The position numbers were made by a program, and so were the translations under genes. This document shows, piece after piece, positions 9,500 to 22,156 of a stretch of 64,000 bases of DNA; within the stretch, counting starts at the first letter, position 1, and each line of letters opens with the position of its first letter. The notes beneath the pieces were generated by a model that was given only the letters and a program-made list of their open reading frames with translations, was not told where the DNA came from and ran no database searches. Source of the DNA: an uncultured Acidimicrobiia bacterium (lineage in GTDB: Bacteria; Actinomycetota; Acidimicrobiia; Acidimicrobiales; JACDCH01); assembly GCA_963840695.1 (NCBI GenBank), contig CAWIZW010000011.1:51238-115237 (forward strand), in the 5' to 3' direction.

Positions 9500-10685
9500 G
9501 CTCGTCGATCGAGGCCGCCCCGAGCAGGGCCATCGTCCGTCGGACGTCGGCATGGAGCAGACCGAGCACGTGGTCGACCCCCCGCTCGCCGCCGGCGGCC
9601 AGGCCGTACAGGTAGGCGCGACCGGCCATGCAGGCGTCGGCGCCGAGGGCGACCGCCTTCACGATGTCGCTTCCGCGGCGCACGCCGCCGTCGCAGATGA
9701 TGGCCAGCCGTCCGCCGACGGCGTCGGCGACCGGAGCGACCAGGTCGAGCGCGGCCGGTGCGCCGTCGAGCTGGCGTCCCCCGTGGTTCGACAGGGCGAT
9801 GGCCTCGACGCCCGCCTCGGCGGCGAGCTTCGCGTCGGCGACGCTCTGGATGCCCTTGATGACGATGGGCCCGTCCCAGACCGAGCGCATCCACTCGACG
9901 TCGTCCCACGACAGGTTGGCGTCGAACTGCCGGGCCACGTGGTCGGCGAGGGAGACGGCGGTGCTGCCGTCCTCGACCTCCCGACCGACGACGTTGGCGA
10001 AGCGGATCGGCTCGCTCCGAACGAAGGCCCACGTCCACGCCGGGTGCAGGGCGCCGTCGACGAGCGTTCCGAGACCCAGCTTCGGCGGCAGCGTGAAGCC
10101 GTGGCGCACGTCACGATCGCGGCGGCCGAGAACGGCGGTGTCGACGGTGAGCACGAGCGCCTCGTAGTCGGCCGCCCGGGCCCGCAGGATCATGTCCTTG
10201 ACGAGGCCTCGGTCCCTCCAGACGTAGACCTGGAACCACTTGGGCCCGTCGCTCACGCCGGCGACCTCCTCGATCGACCGGGTGCTCATCGTCGAGAGCG
10301 TGTACGGGAGCCCGGCGCGGGCAGCAGAGCGGGCGACGGCCAGCTCACCCTGCGGGTCGGCGATCCGCGTGAAGCCCGTCGGCGCAAGGACGAGCGGGTA
10401 GGGCAGGGCCCGCCCGAGGAGCGTCGTCGACGTGTCGATCTTGCCCATGCTGCGGAGCACGCGTGGCACGAAGGTCCGCTCGGCGAACGCCCGCGTGTTC
10501 GCCGCCAGCGTCCGCTCGTCCTCGGCGCCGCCGTCGATGTAGTCGAACACGCCCGCCGGAAGGCGCCGCCGGGCGATGCGCCGGAGGTCGGAGACGCCGG
10601 CGGCGCGCCGGAGCCGGCGGGTGACCGGATCGAGCTCGATCGGTTCGAAGCGCAGGACCGAGCGCAGGGTGTCGTAGATGCCCAT
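9465..10685 (-). CDS. FMN-dependent alpha-hydroxy acid dehydrogenase (L-lactate dehydrogenase-like)
   Basis: FDYIDGGAEDE, LTVD, IKGI, SNHGGRQLD, DGGVRRGSDIVKA. Confidence 0.92.
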   Translation of the reverse strand: MGIYDTLRSVLRFEPIELDPVTRRLRRAAGVSDLRRIARRRLPAGVFDYIDGGAEDERTLAANTRAFAERTFVPRVLRSMGKIDTSTTLLGRALPYPLVLAPTGFTRIADPQGELAVARSAARAGLPYTLSTMSTRSIEEVAGVSDGPKWFQVYVWRDRGLVKDMILRARAADYEALVLTVDTAVLGRRDRDVRHGFTLPPKLGLGTLVDGALHPAWTWAFVRSEPIRFANVVGREVEDGSTAVSLADHVARQFDANLSWDDVEWMRSVWDGPIVIKGIQSVADAKLAAEAGVEAIALSNHGGRQLDGAPAALDLVAPVADAVGGRLAIICDGGVRRGSDIVKAVALGADACMAGRAYLYGLAAGGERGVDHVLGLLHADVRRTMALLGAASIDELDMSMVIRHTV

Positions 10686-10714
10686 CGGGACTGCAGCCTC
10701 GCGCCGGGCGCCGC

Positions 10715-11938
10715 TTGGGGCACGATGCATCGATCGGCACGATCGACCTGCGGGATCCGGCGAACGACGAAGACCCGCACGCCCTGTTCCGGACCTTGCG
10801 CGACGAGGCGCCCGTGCACTGGAGCGACACGCACCGGCGTGGGTCGCGGTCTCCTACGCAGCGGTGCGCGACGGCTTCAACGAATCGTGGCTGTCGTCGG
10901 ACCGCATACCGGTGTTCGAGCGGGCCGCCGCCACCCGGTCCGAGGCCTTCGCCCGCGTCGTCGACCTCCTGCGGGGCTGGATGGTGTTCCGCGACCCGCC
11001 GGCTCACACCCGCCTGCGCGACCCCGTGCGGCGGGCGTTCACGCCCCGCCGGCTCGAGGGACTGGTGCCGACGATCGAGCGGACAGCAGCGGAACTGCTC
11101 GACGCCGTCGAGGGACGTGGCGGCGGCGACCTGCGCGCGCTGTACGCCGGCCCGCTCCCTGCCCTGGTCATCGCCGACCTCCTCGGCGTTCCGCGCCAGG
11201 ACAGGGACGCCTTCCAACACTGGTCCGACGACCTCGCCGGGGTCGTGTTCGCGGCGGAGTCACGGGGGCTGGCGGTCGAGGCCGCGGTCCGGGCCACCGA
11301 CCGGTTCACGGCGTACTTCACCGACCTGGTCGCGGACCGGCGGCGACACCCCGGCGACGACCTCGTGAGCGCCCTCGCCCTCGCGTCGGGGCCCGGTGCG
11401 CCCGAGCCGGCCGAGCTCGTCGGCGCCTGCACGCTGCTCCTGTTCGCCGGCCACGAGACGACGGCGGGGCTGATCGCCAACGGCGTGTCCCTGCTCCTCG
11501 ACGACGACGATGCCCGCCGCCGCCTGGCCGGCGACGGCACCGCGTGGCCGTCGGCGGTCGAGGAGCTGCTACGTCTCGAGGGACCGACGAAGGTCATGGT
11601 CCGCAAGGTCGCCGCCGACGCGCCCACCGACGCCCCGTGGCACGGCGTCGACACTCCGGCCGGGCGACACCGTCTTCCTCGCCGTCCTGGCGGCCGATCG
11701 CGACCCCGCCGTCTTCGTCGATCCCGATCGACTCGACGTGGCCCGGGAGCCGAACCCGCACCTCGGGTTCGGGTGGGGCCTGCACCACTGCCTCGGCGCG
11801 GCATTGGCCCGTCTGGAGGCGCGGATCGCGCTCCAGCGCCTCTTCGAGCGCTTCCCCGGCATGCGACGAACGTCCGCGGCGCGCTGGGGCGGCGGCGTCG
11901 TCGGACGCGGCGTGGCCCGCGTCGACGTCGACCTGTAA
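10715..11938 (+). CDS. Cytochrome P450 (frame breaks near 10840 and 11660; start uncertain)
   Basis: DPPAHTRLR, AGHETT, EELLR, FGWGLHHCLG heme-Cys motif. Confidence 0.88.
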
Positions 11939-11968
11939 CGGCCGGCCGGGCGGCGGGGACCGGACCGT

Positions 11969-12601
11969 GTGGAGGGGGGCACGGCGCTCAGATCGGTCCT
12001 AGTGTCCGATTTCGTGGCCGACGAGGTGGTGGGTCTCGTCGACCGGCTCCGGGGCGGCGACGAGCAGGCGTTCGTCGAGCTCGTGCGCCAATACCAGCCG
12101 AGCCTGCTGCGGTTCGCCCAGAGCCTGGTCGGCAGCCGCGCCGTCGCCGAAGAGGTCGTGCAGGACACGTGGCTCGCGGTGGTGCGAGGCGTCGACCGCT
12201 TCGAGGGCCGTTCGTCGTTCAAGACGTGGCTGTTCCGCATCCTCGTGAACCGTGCCCGTTCGGCTGAGGGGCGTGAGCAGCGCGCCGGCCGGCCCGAGGT
12301 GCTCGACGACGTCGCCGGTCGCTTCGATGCCGACGGTGCCTGGTCGACGCCGCCGGTGCCGTGGGCGGACCGGGCCGAGGACCGCATCGTCGCCCAGCGC
12401 CTGGCCGAGCGGGTGCGCAGCCTGCTCCCCGAGCTGCCCGACAACCAGCGTCAGGTCGTCGTCCTGCGCGACGTCGAGGGCCTCGGCGCAGCCGAGGTCG
12501 CCGCGCTCCTCGGGATCTCCGACGGGAACCAGCGGGTGCTGCTGCACCGGGCCCGGGCCCGGGTGCGGGGCTTGCTCGAGGCCGAGATGGGAACGGCGTG
12601 A
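11969..12601 (+). CDS. ECF RNA polymerase sigma factor (start uncertain)
   Basis: AEEVVQDTW..FEGRSSFKTWLFRI..QRVLLHRARARVR. Confidence 0.92.
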   Translation: MEGGTALRSVLVSDFVADEVVGLVDRLRGGDEQAFVELVRQYQPSLLRFAQSLVGSRAVAEEVVQDTWLAVVRGVDRFEGRSSFKTWLFRILVNRARSAEGREQRAGRPEVLDDVAGRFDADGAWSTPPVPWADRAEDRIVAQRLAERVRSLLPELPDNQRQVVVLRDVEGLGAAEVAALLGISDGNQRVLLHRARARVRGLLEAEMGTA

Positions 12602-12864
12602 TGGTGCGTTGGTGGCGTGGCCGTCGTCGGGGCCTGGTGTGCCGCGACGCCGTGGCGCTCATGGCCGGGTACCTCGACGGCGCCCTGCCGGATCGGGACC
12701 GGGCGCGGCTCGAGGCGCACCTCGGTGCCTGCCCGCACTGCAGCGAGCACCTGGCGCAGCTGCGGGTCACGATCGAGGTCCTCGGCCGGGCCGAGCCGGA
12801 GGCCCTCCCCGACGACGCCCTGGACGACCTCGTCGCCGTCTACCGCCGCTGGCAGGCGGACTGA
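12601..12864 (+). CDS. Zinc-finger (zf-HC2/ZAS) anti-sigma factor
   Basis: HLGACPHC motif directly after the sigma gene. Confidence 0.88.
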   Translation: MVRWWRGRRRGLVCRDAVALMAGYLDGALPDRDRARLEAHLGACPHCSEHLAQLRVTIEVLGRAEPEALPDDALDDLVAVYRRWQAD

Positions 12865-12887
12865 GCCCCTCACACGGAAACGTCGGG

Positions 12888-14434
12888 TCAGCGGACGTTG
12901 ACGCGCACGGTGTGGTGGCCGCTGGCGCCGTTCGGAGCGGGCGCCGTGCGCTGCGCGGTCTGGACCTCGCCGGTTCCGTCGGTCGCCCTGACCTCGATCG
13001 TGTGCGGCCCCGGTGTCGCCTCCCATGCCATGCGCCCATTGGACCCAGGTGTTCGTCGACAGCGCGCCCGACAGCTCCGCCGGCTGCCAGGTTCCGTCGT
13101 CGATGCGGACCTCGACCGCCTCGATGCCACGCGTCGGTGCCCAGGCGACACCGGCGACGGCGACACGGCCCGGGGCGATCGTCCCGCCCCGCGGCACGTC
13201 GATCCGTGACTGGGTCTTGATCGGACCGTCCTTCGACCAGCCGCGAGGGATCCAGTACCCGTCGAAGGCGTCGAGCGTCGTGAGCTCGATCTCGGTGAGC
13301 CACTTCGTCGCCGACACGTAGCCGTACAGGCCCGGCACGACGAGGCGGGCCGGGAACCCGTGACGGACCGGGAGCGGCTCGCCGTTCATCGTGATGGCGA
13401 CGAGGGCGGGCCGGCCGTCGTCGAGGGTCGCCGTGGGGAAGCCCGCCGTCCAGCCGTCGACCGACCGACCGACGATCTGGGTGGCCGACGGGTCGACGCC
13501 CGCAAGGTCGAGGACGTCTCGCAGCATCACTCCGGACCACAGAGCGTTGCCGACGAGGTCGCCGCCGATCTCGTTCGACACGCACGACAACGTCACGAAC
13601 GCCTCGGTGCGCTCCATGGCGAGGAGGTCCTCGAAGCCCAGCGTCACCTCCCGGTCGACCATGCCGGTGATCCGCAGCGACCAACCGTCGGGTGCGACCT
13701 GTGGGACGAGCAGCGCCGTGTCGATGCGGTAGAAGTCGTCGTTCGGCGTGATGAGCGGGCTCAGCCCGGGCACCGCGCCGTCGAACGAGGCGACGCCCGC
13801 CGGCACCGTCGGCGGGGTACCGGGACCGAGCCGGGTCTGCAGCGCCGACCGCGCCTCGGCGACGTCGCGCGACCGGCGGAGGCGCCCGCCGAGGCCGCCG
13901 CCGACGACGGCCCACGCCGCCGCCGCCCCACCGGCGACGAGGAACCAGCGCCGGCCCGAAGCCGGATCGCCGTCCGGCGGTCCGTCGGGGCCGTCGAGCA
14001 CCCGAGCGATCGCGGGTGGTCGGAGCACGAGGTGCAACGTCGTGACCCCCGCCCCGGCGGCGACGGCTGCGGTCACCCACGACCACCCGGTCGGCGCGCT
14101 TCGGGCGGCGGCGACGGCCCCGACCACGCCGAACGCACCGAACCCGGCGGCCGCCGAGCGCGAACCGGCGGCGGGCGAGCAGACCGAGCGCGGCGCCGAC
14201 GAGCAGCGAGACGACGACGACGCCGGTGATCAGGATCCGCTTCTGGCTCGAGCCGAAGGTCTCGATCGACCAGCGCACGAGCCCGCCGGGGGCGTCGTCG
14301 ACGAGCACGTCGGCGACCGCCACCACCAACGACGGCGCCGACCCGAAGAGGCCCGACAGCAGCTCGGCGGTCCCCATCGCCACGCCGGCGGCGAGCACGC
14401 CGGCGATCGCTGCTCGCAACGGGCTCATCGTCAC
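12888..14434 (-). CDS. Membrane-bound molybdopterin-dependent oxidoreductase, sulfite oxidase family (frameshifted)
   Basis: N-terminal TM helices; FYRIDTAL, TLSCVSN, HGFPARLVVPGLYGYVSATKWL. Confidence 0.88.
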
Positions 14435-14523
14435 AGTCCGACGGTACGGCGTGCGACGGATGACCAGTTGTGCGCCGGGCTCGTGCCGAACGCGTTACCG
14501 CACGTGCCGCGAGCTCGGGCTGA

Positions 14524-15119
14524 TCACACCGCTGACTCGGCCGCGGTGGAAGGCGAGGAGGACCTGGGCCGAAGGCGCCTGACGGCGTCGCCGGTTCGGA
14601 TGGTGCCCGGCTCGACGACGCGGGCGTTGATGCCACGCAGGTTCAACTCGCGGCCGGCGGGCGCGTTCACGAGCCGGGAGGCGTCCGCGGCCGAAGCGCT
14701 GCCGGAACTTGGCGCAGCCGGTGTGCGGCTCGACCGAAACCTCGACGACGGCGTCGCCGATGCCGAGTCGGCGTCCCGGCGGGCAGGTTCGCCGCGGAGA
14801 TGTCGAGGTCGACGTAGAGCTGGTCGCCGGCCTCCGGCCACCGGGCCCGATCGCCGGCGAAGAGGGCGATGGCCCTGGCGTTCATGATCGTGAGCTGGCG
14901 CCCGGGCTCGGCCGAGCCGTCCTCGGTGTGGCGGCTGCCCCGTGCCCGCCAGTTGTCGCCGACCACCCCCTCGTCGAGGGAGAGCTGCGCCTCCTGGAGC
15001 ACCTCGCGCTCCTCGGCGACCGGCCGGCGCACGATCAGCTCCAGCACGCCGTCGTCGCTCGGCGCCCTCCGGATCTCGTCGAGACCGGCCTCGAGCTCTT
15101 CGGCGGAGCGGTGGTCCAT
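14524..15119 (-). CDS. MOSC domain protein (frameshifted; 3' end approximate)
   Basis: GVVGDNW, AGDQLYVDLD, LRGINARVVEPGTIRTGD. Confidence 0.8.
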
Positions 15120-15239
15120 GACCCCATGGTGGCCGATCGAGTCCCTCCCGGCCGCCCGAGTTGGCCCCTCGGTGGGTGTCTCCGCCACCGGCACCGCGAC
15201 CTGACGCTCGCGTCACCTGCGAGGGCTACGGTCGGCGCC

Positions 15240-16976
<1,737 letters not shown>

Positions 16977-16980
<4 letters not shown>

Positions 16981-18005
16981 CCGACACCGAGGAGCGCGTC
17001 CTCGAACCGCTCGAGCCGGGTTGCGCGTGGCGCGCCGCCGACGTGGACGACTACTCGTGGCGCTTCGACGATGGGGAGCTGGCCGAGCTCGATGCGGCCC
17101 TCGAGCATGCCGAGGCCCACACCGACCACACCCTCGACATCACCGCCGACCTCTTCCCACTGCCGACACTCGGCCCGCGCCTCGCCGCCGTCGCCGAGGA
17201 CCTCGTCAACGGACGCGGCGTCGCCCTCCTCCGCGGCGTCCCCGTCGATCGCTACGGCCCCGACCGCGCCTCGGCGGTGTACTGGGGGATCGGCACGCAC
17301 CTCGGCCGGCCGTGGCCCCAGAACCACAAGGGCCACCTGCTCGGCGACGTGACCGACCAGGGACGGGCGCCGAACGACCCGCGCAGCCGGGGCAACGAGA
17401 TCGGTGGCATCGCCTTCCCGTTCCACAGCGACGGCTCCGACCTCGTCGGGTTGTTCTGCCTCGACGCCGGCGCGTCCGGCGGTGCGAGCCTCGTGGCCAA
17501 CGCCGTCACGATCCACAACGAGCTCGTGACCGACGCGCCGGAGCTCGCCGCGTCGCTGTACGACGACTTCGCCTACGACTTCCGAGGCGAGCAGGACGAG
17601 GGCGCCAAGCCGTGGTACCTGCTGCCGGTCTTCAGCCGGCGCCGCCACCGGCTGTTCGTGCGCTACATCCGCCCGTACATCCTCGCCGCCGCCCGCCACG
17701 CCGACGCCCCGCGGCCGTCGCCGGTCGCCGTCGAGGCGATGGACCGGGTCGACGCCCTGTGCGCCGACCCCGACCACCACCTGTCGATGCAGCTGGAGCC
17801 GGGCGACATGCAGTTCGTGAACAACTACCACGTGCTCCACGCCCGAAACGCCTACGAGGACGATCGCGCCAACGGCCGGGTCCGCCATCTGAAGCGCCTG
17901 TGGTTGGAGACCTCGGTCCTGGGCGACGACGACAAGCCCGAACCGTTCCGGCTCAACCGGACGACCACCGGCTGGTGGAGAGCGGCGGCACAGTCGCGGC
18001 GGTGA
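16977..18005 (+). CDS. TauD/TfdA Fe(II)/2-oxoglutarate dioxygenase
   Basis: FHSD, NNYHVLHAR, RHLKRLWL. Confidence 0.88.
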
Positions 18006-18047
18006 GCACCGCTGAGTTGGCGGTGGTCACCGGCGCAGACCGAAGGA

Positions 18048-18927
18048 TCACCGCCGATGCGAAGTTCGGCAGTTGGTGACGATGGTGTCGACGACCTGGT
18101 CCCAGAGGGGCTCGGGGAGGTCGTGGCCCATGCCAGGGACGATCACGAGCTCGGCGCCGGGGATGGCCTTGGCGGTGAGCTCACCGCCGCTCGGTCGCAC
18201 GAGCGGGTCGGCGTCGCCGTGGATGACGACGGTCGGCACGTCGAGCTTCCGTAACGCCTCGGTCCGGTCGCCCGAGGCCCGTATCGCCACGAGCTGGCGG
18301 GCGATGCCGGGCGGGTTGAAGCACCGGTCGTACGTCGCCGCGGCGCGTGCCCGGAGCTCGGCCTCGTCGGCCGGGTAGGCCGGCGACCCGATGACCTTCG
18401 ATGCCGCCACGCTGGCCTCGATGGCGGCGTCGCGGGTCGTCGCCGGTGTGCGCAACAGGACGGCCATGGCCTCGACGGTCGGGGGCTCGGCCTCGGGATG
18501 CCCGGTCGTCGACATGATCGAGCAGAGGGTCAGCACGCGCTGCGGGATAGCCGATCGCCATCGTCTGGGCGATCATGCCGCCCATCGACGCGCCGACGAC
18601 GTGGGCCGAGTCGATCCCGAGGGCGTCGAGCAGCCCCATCCCGTCGGCAGCCATGTCCTCGAGGGTGTACGAGGCGCTCGACGTGTCGCCGGCGAAGGCG
18701 GCGACGACGTTCGGCCTCGGCCCATCGGTGATCTTCGAGGAGAGGCCGACGTCGCGGTTGTCGTAGCGGACCACGTGGAAGCCCCGTCCGGCGAGCAGCT
18801 CGCAGAACCCGTCGGGCCAGGCGGTGAGCTGGGCACCGAGGCCCATCACGAGGAGCAGCGTCGGGTCGGCGGCGTCGCCGATCGTGTCGTACTCGATGGT
18901 GATCCCGTTGGCGGCGGCGTTCGGCAT
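18048..18927 (-). CDS. Alpha/beta hydrolase (frameshifted; 3' end approximate)
   Basis: MGLGAQL, YDNRDVGLS, GASMGG nucleophile elbow, HGDADPLV, GMGHDL. Confidence 0.88.
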
Positions 18928-18963
18928 GGGCACGAACCTAGGCGGCATGCGAACCTGTCACCC

Positions 18964-19776
18964 ATGCTCGACATCGCACCGCTCACGGCCACGATCGGCG
19001 CGGAGGTGGGCGGCGTCGACCTCGCCGACGATCTGGACGACGGGGTCATCGAGGAGATCCGCGAGGCGCTGCTCGAGTGGAAGGTCATCTTCTTCCGCGA
19101 CCAGCTCCGCCTCGACCGCACCGCCCACGTCGCCTTCGGCCGTCGCTTCGGCGACCTCGAGATCCACCCGATCACGCCGGCCGACCAGGACCAGCCCGAG
19201 GTCTTCGTGCTCCCGGCCGGGGGTGCCTTCCGCGCTCCCGACAACTGGCACTCCGACGTGACCTGGCGGCCGGAGCCCTCCCTCGGCTCGATCCTCCGCG
19301 CCGTCGAGCTGCCGCCGCTCGGCGGCGACACGCTCTGGGCCGACATGGCCAAGGCCTACGACCTCCTCGACGACGGCACCAAGGAGCGGATCGACGGGCG
19401 CAAGGCCACCCACGACTACGCCTCGGCCTTCGGGTACGGCAAGCCGGCCGAGGTCCAGGAGAAGATGCGGCTCCAGCACCCGACCGTCGAGCACCCGATC
19501 GTCCGCACCCACCCCGAGACCGGGCGCAAGACCCTGTTCGTGAACTTCTCCTTCACCCGCTCCGTCGTCGGGATGGACGAGGCCGAGGGCCACGCGCTGC
19601 TGCAGCGGCTGTACCGGCAGGCGACCATCGTCGACGTGCAGTGCCGCTTCCGGTGGCGGCCCGGTTCGGTTGCCTTCTGGGACAACCGGGCAACGCAGCA
19701 CGTCGTGTCGAACGACTTCCTCCCGGCCAAGCGGGTCATGGAGCGGGTGACCATCGTCGGCGACAAGCCGTTCTGA
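18964..19776 (+). CDS. Taurine dioxygenase (TauD) family protein
   Basis: WHSDVTW, GGDTLW, HPETGRK, FWDNRATQH. Confidence 0.92.
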   Translation: MLDIAPLTATIGAEVGGVDLADDLDDGVIEEIREALLEWKVIFFRDQLRLDRTAHVAFGRRFGDLEIHPITPADQDQPEVFVLPAGGAFRAPDNWHSDVTWRPEPSLGSILRAVELPPLGGDTLWADMAKAYDLLDDGTKERIDGRKATHDYASAFGYGKPAEVQEKMRLQHPTVEHPIVRTHPETGRKTLFVNFSFTRSVVGMDEAEGHALLQRLYRQATIVDVQCRFRWRPGSVAFWDNRATQHVVSNDFLPAKRVMERVTIVGDKPF

Positions 19777-19868
19777 GGCGGGCCGTCCGCCGCGGCGGCC
19801 GATGGACCAAGAAGGGGATTAACGAAAGCCTACTCTTGCGTTATGGTGACTCAGAGAACGGAGGCACC

Positions 19869-20597
19869 ATGAACGTGGCACTGATCACCGGAGGCTCCAA
19901 GGGGTTCGGGCGGGCGCTCGCCGCCGACCTTGCCGGCGAGGGGTGGACCGTCGTCCTCGACGGTCGTGACGCCGAGGCCCTGGCCGCCGTCGGTTCCGCC
20001 CTCGACGACGCCGGTGGGGGCGAGGTCGTCGCCATTCCCGGCGACGTGGCCGACACCGCCCATCGCGAGGCGCTGGCGGCAGCCGTCAACCGCCTGGGCC
20101 GGCTCGACCTGCTGGTCAACAACGCCAGCACGCTCGGTCCGCTCCCGATGCCCGGCCTCGACGCCTACCCGCTCGATGCCCTCGAGCAGGTGTACCGGGT
20201 CAACGTCATCGCCCCGCTCGCGCTCGTCCAGCTCGTGCTCCCGCTGCTCGAGGCGAGCGGCGGCGCCGTCGTCAACATCTCCTCCGACGCCGCCGTCGAG
20301 GGCTATGAGGGCTGGGGCGGGTACGGCTCGTCGAAGGCGGCGCTCGACCAGGTGAGCCGGGTGCTCGCCGCCGAGCACCCGGCGTTGCGGGTCTACGGGT
20401 TCGACCCGGGCGACATGCGGACCCAGATGCACCAGGACGCCTTCCCGGGCGAGGACATCTCCGATCGCCCCGAGCCCGAGACGGTCGTGCCCGCGCTGCG
20501 GCGGCTGCTCGCCGGCGCGCCCCCGAGCGGCCGCTACCGCGCCGCCGACGTCGCCTTGTCCGAGCTGACCACGACGGTCCCCGGGTCGCAGCCATGA
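19869..20597 (+). CDS. Short-chain dehydrogenase/reductase
   Basis: TGGSKGFG, NNAS, YGSSK; GGAGG RBS. Confidence 0.9.
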   Translation: MNVALITGGSKGFGRALAADLAGEGWTVVLDGRDAEALAAVGSALDDAGGGEVVAIPGDVADTAHREALAAAVNRLGRLDLLVNNASTLGPLPMPGLDAYPLDALEQVYRVNVIAPLALVQLVLPLLEASGGAVVNISSDAAVEGYEGWGGYGSSKAALDQVSRVLAAEHPALRVYGFDPGDMRTQMHQDAFPGEDISDRPEPETVVPALRRLLAGAPPSGRYRAADVALSELTTTVPGSQP

Positions 20598-21657
20598 CCG
20601 GCGGGGCCGTCACGACGGCACGCCTCGACGTTCGACGTGCCGGCCGATCTCGAGGCGGGCGAACCGCCCGAGGCCCGTGGCCTGACCCGCGACGCCGTCC
20701 GGATGCTCGTCGCCCGAGGTGACGACGGCTCGCTGACCCACAGCACCTTCACGCTGCTGCCCGCCTTCCTCGAGCCGGGCGACCTCGTCGTCGTGAACAC
20801 GTCGGCGACGATCCCGGCGGCCGTCTCGGCCGTCGGGGACGACGGTCGGGCCATCGTGCTGCACCTCTCCACCATGCTCGACGACGGCCGGTGGGTCGTG
20901 GAGCCCCGCCGTCCCGACGGCCGGACGACGACACGTTGGGACGGCGCGGCCGCCGCCCCGTCACCTCCTCCTCGCCGAGGACGCCCGGGCGACGGCGACG
21001 TTGCTCGAGCCCTACGGCGCCGCCGGCCGGCTGTGGGTCGCCGCCCTCGACCTGCCCGTGCCCGTCCTCACCTGGCTGGCCGTGCACGGCCGGCCCATCC
21101 GCTACGGCTACGTCGAGCGGCCGTGGCCGATCTCGGCCTACCAGAACGTCTACGCCACCGAGCCCGGGAGCGCGGAGATGCCGAGCGCGGGCCGGCCGTT
21201 CACGCCCGAGGTCATCACCCGCCTCGTCGCCAAGGGCGTCGGCGTCACCCCGATCGTGCTGCACACCGGCGTGGCCTCGCTCGAGGCCGACGAGCTGCCG
21301 TACCCCGAGCGGGTGCGCGTGCCCGCCGCCACCGCCGAGCGGGTCAACGCGACGCGATCCGCCGGTGGGCGCGTCGTCGCCGTCGGCACGACCGTCGTTC
21401 GGGCGCTCGAGAGCGCGGCCGGCGTCGACGGCGTCGTGCGCCCCTACGACGGGTGGACCGATCTCGTCGTCACCCCCGAGCGTGGCGTGCGCGTCGTCGG
21501 CGGGCTGCTCACCGGCTGGCACGAGCCGGAGGCATCGCACCTCCTGATGCTCGAGGCCGTCGCCGGTGACGACCTGCTGCGGCGGTCGTACGACGCCGGC
21601 CTCGCGGAGGGCTACCGCTGGCACGAGTTCGGCGACGTCCACCTCCTGCTGCCGTGA
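20594..21657 (+). CDS. QueA-like SAM:tRNA ribosyltransferase-isomerase family protein (frameshifted)
   Basis: GDLVVVNTS, YQNVYA, GSAEMPSAG, AVGTTVVRALES, LLTGWHEP, EFGDVHL. Confidence 0.85.
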
Positions 21658-21828
21658 CGGTTCGGCGCCGGCGGCCGCCGTGGTGCCACGGTGCTCGTTC
21701 GTCGCCGGCTTCAACGGAGCCATCGCGGACGCCGAGTTGCTCGCCCGCTACGAGCTCGGCTCGGCCCGAGCGATGAGTTCGGGCGCGAGGTCGGCGTCCA
21801 AGGGCCACGAGCGGTCGAGGAGATCACC

Positions 21829-22146
21829 ATGCCCAACGACGTCGTGCGCTACCGGACCAAGCCCGAGCGGGCGGACGAGAACCAGCGGTTGGTCGAGGAC
21901 GTGTTCGCCGAGCTCGAGGAGCTCGACGCCACCGGCTTCGCCTACGCCAGCTTCCGGCTCGAGGATGGCGTGTCCTTCGTGCACGTCGTCGTGGAGGATG
22001 AGGGCAAGGGCTCAGTCTCGCTGGCCGATGTGCCGGCCTTCCGCCGGTTCGTCGCGCGGCATCGAGGAGCGATGCGACGAGCAACCGGTCGCCATGGCGC
22101 GACCGTCGTCGGCGCGCACCGGATGCCGGGGCGGCCGCGCCGCTGA
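21829..22146 (+). CDS. Small hypothetical protein, probably dimeric alpha-beta barrel (3' frameshifted)
   Basis: GAGGAG RBS; VVRYRTKPERADENQRLVEDVFAEL..YASFRLEDGVSFVH. Confidence 0.65.
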   Translation: MPNDVVRYRTKPERADENQRLVEDVFAELEELDATGFAYASFRLEDGVSFVHVVVEDEGKGSVSLADVPAFRRFVARHRGAMRRATGRHGATVVGAHRMPGRPRR

Positions 22147-22156
22147 CGGGACGCCC

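Noticed and set aside
21660-21828. Possible gene remnant (CSFVAGFNGAIADAELLARYEL) between the QueA-like gene and the small ORF
   Set aside because: Coding-like but with no start, RBS or family I can recognise; not supportable.
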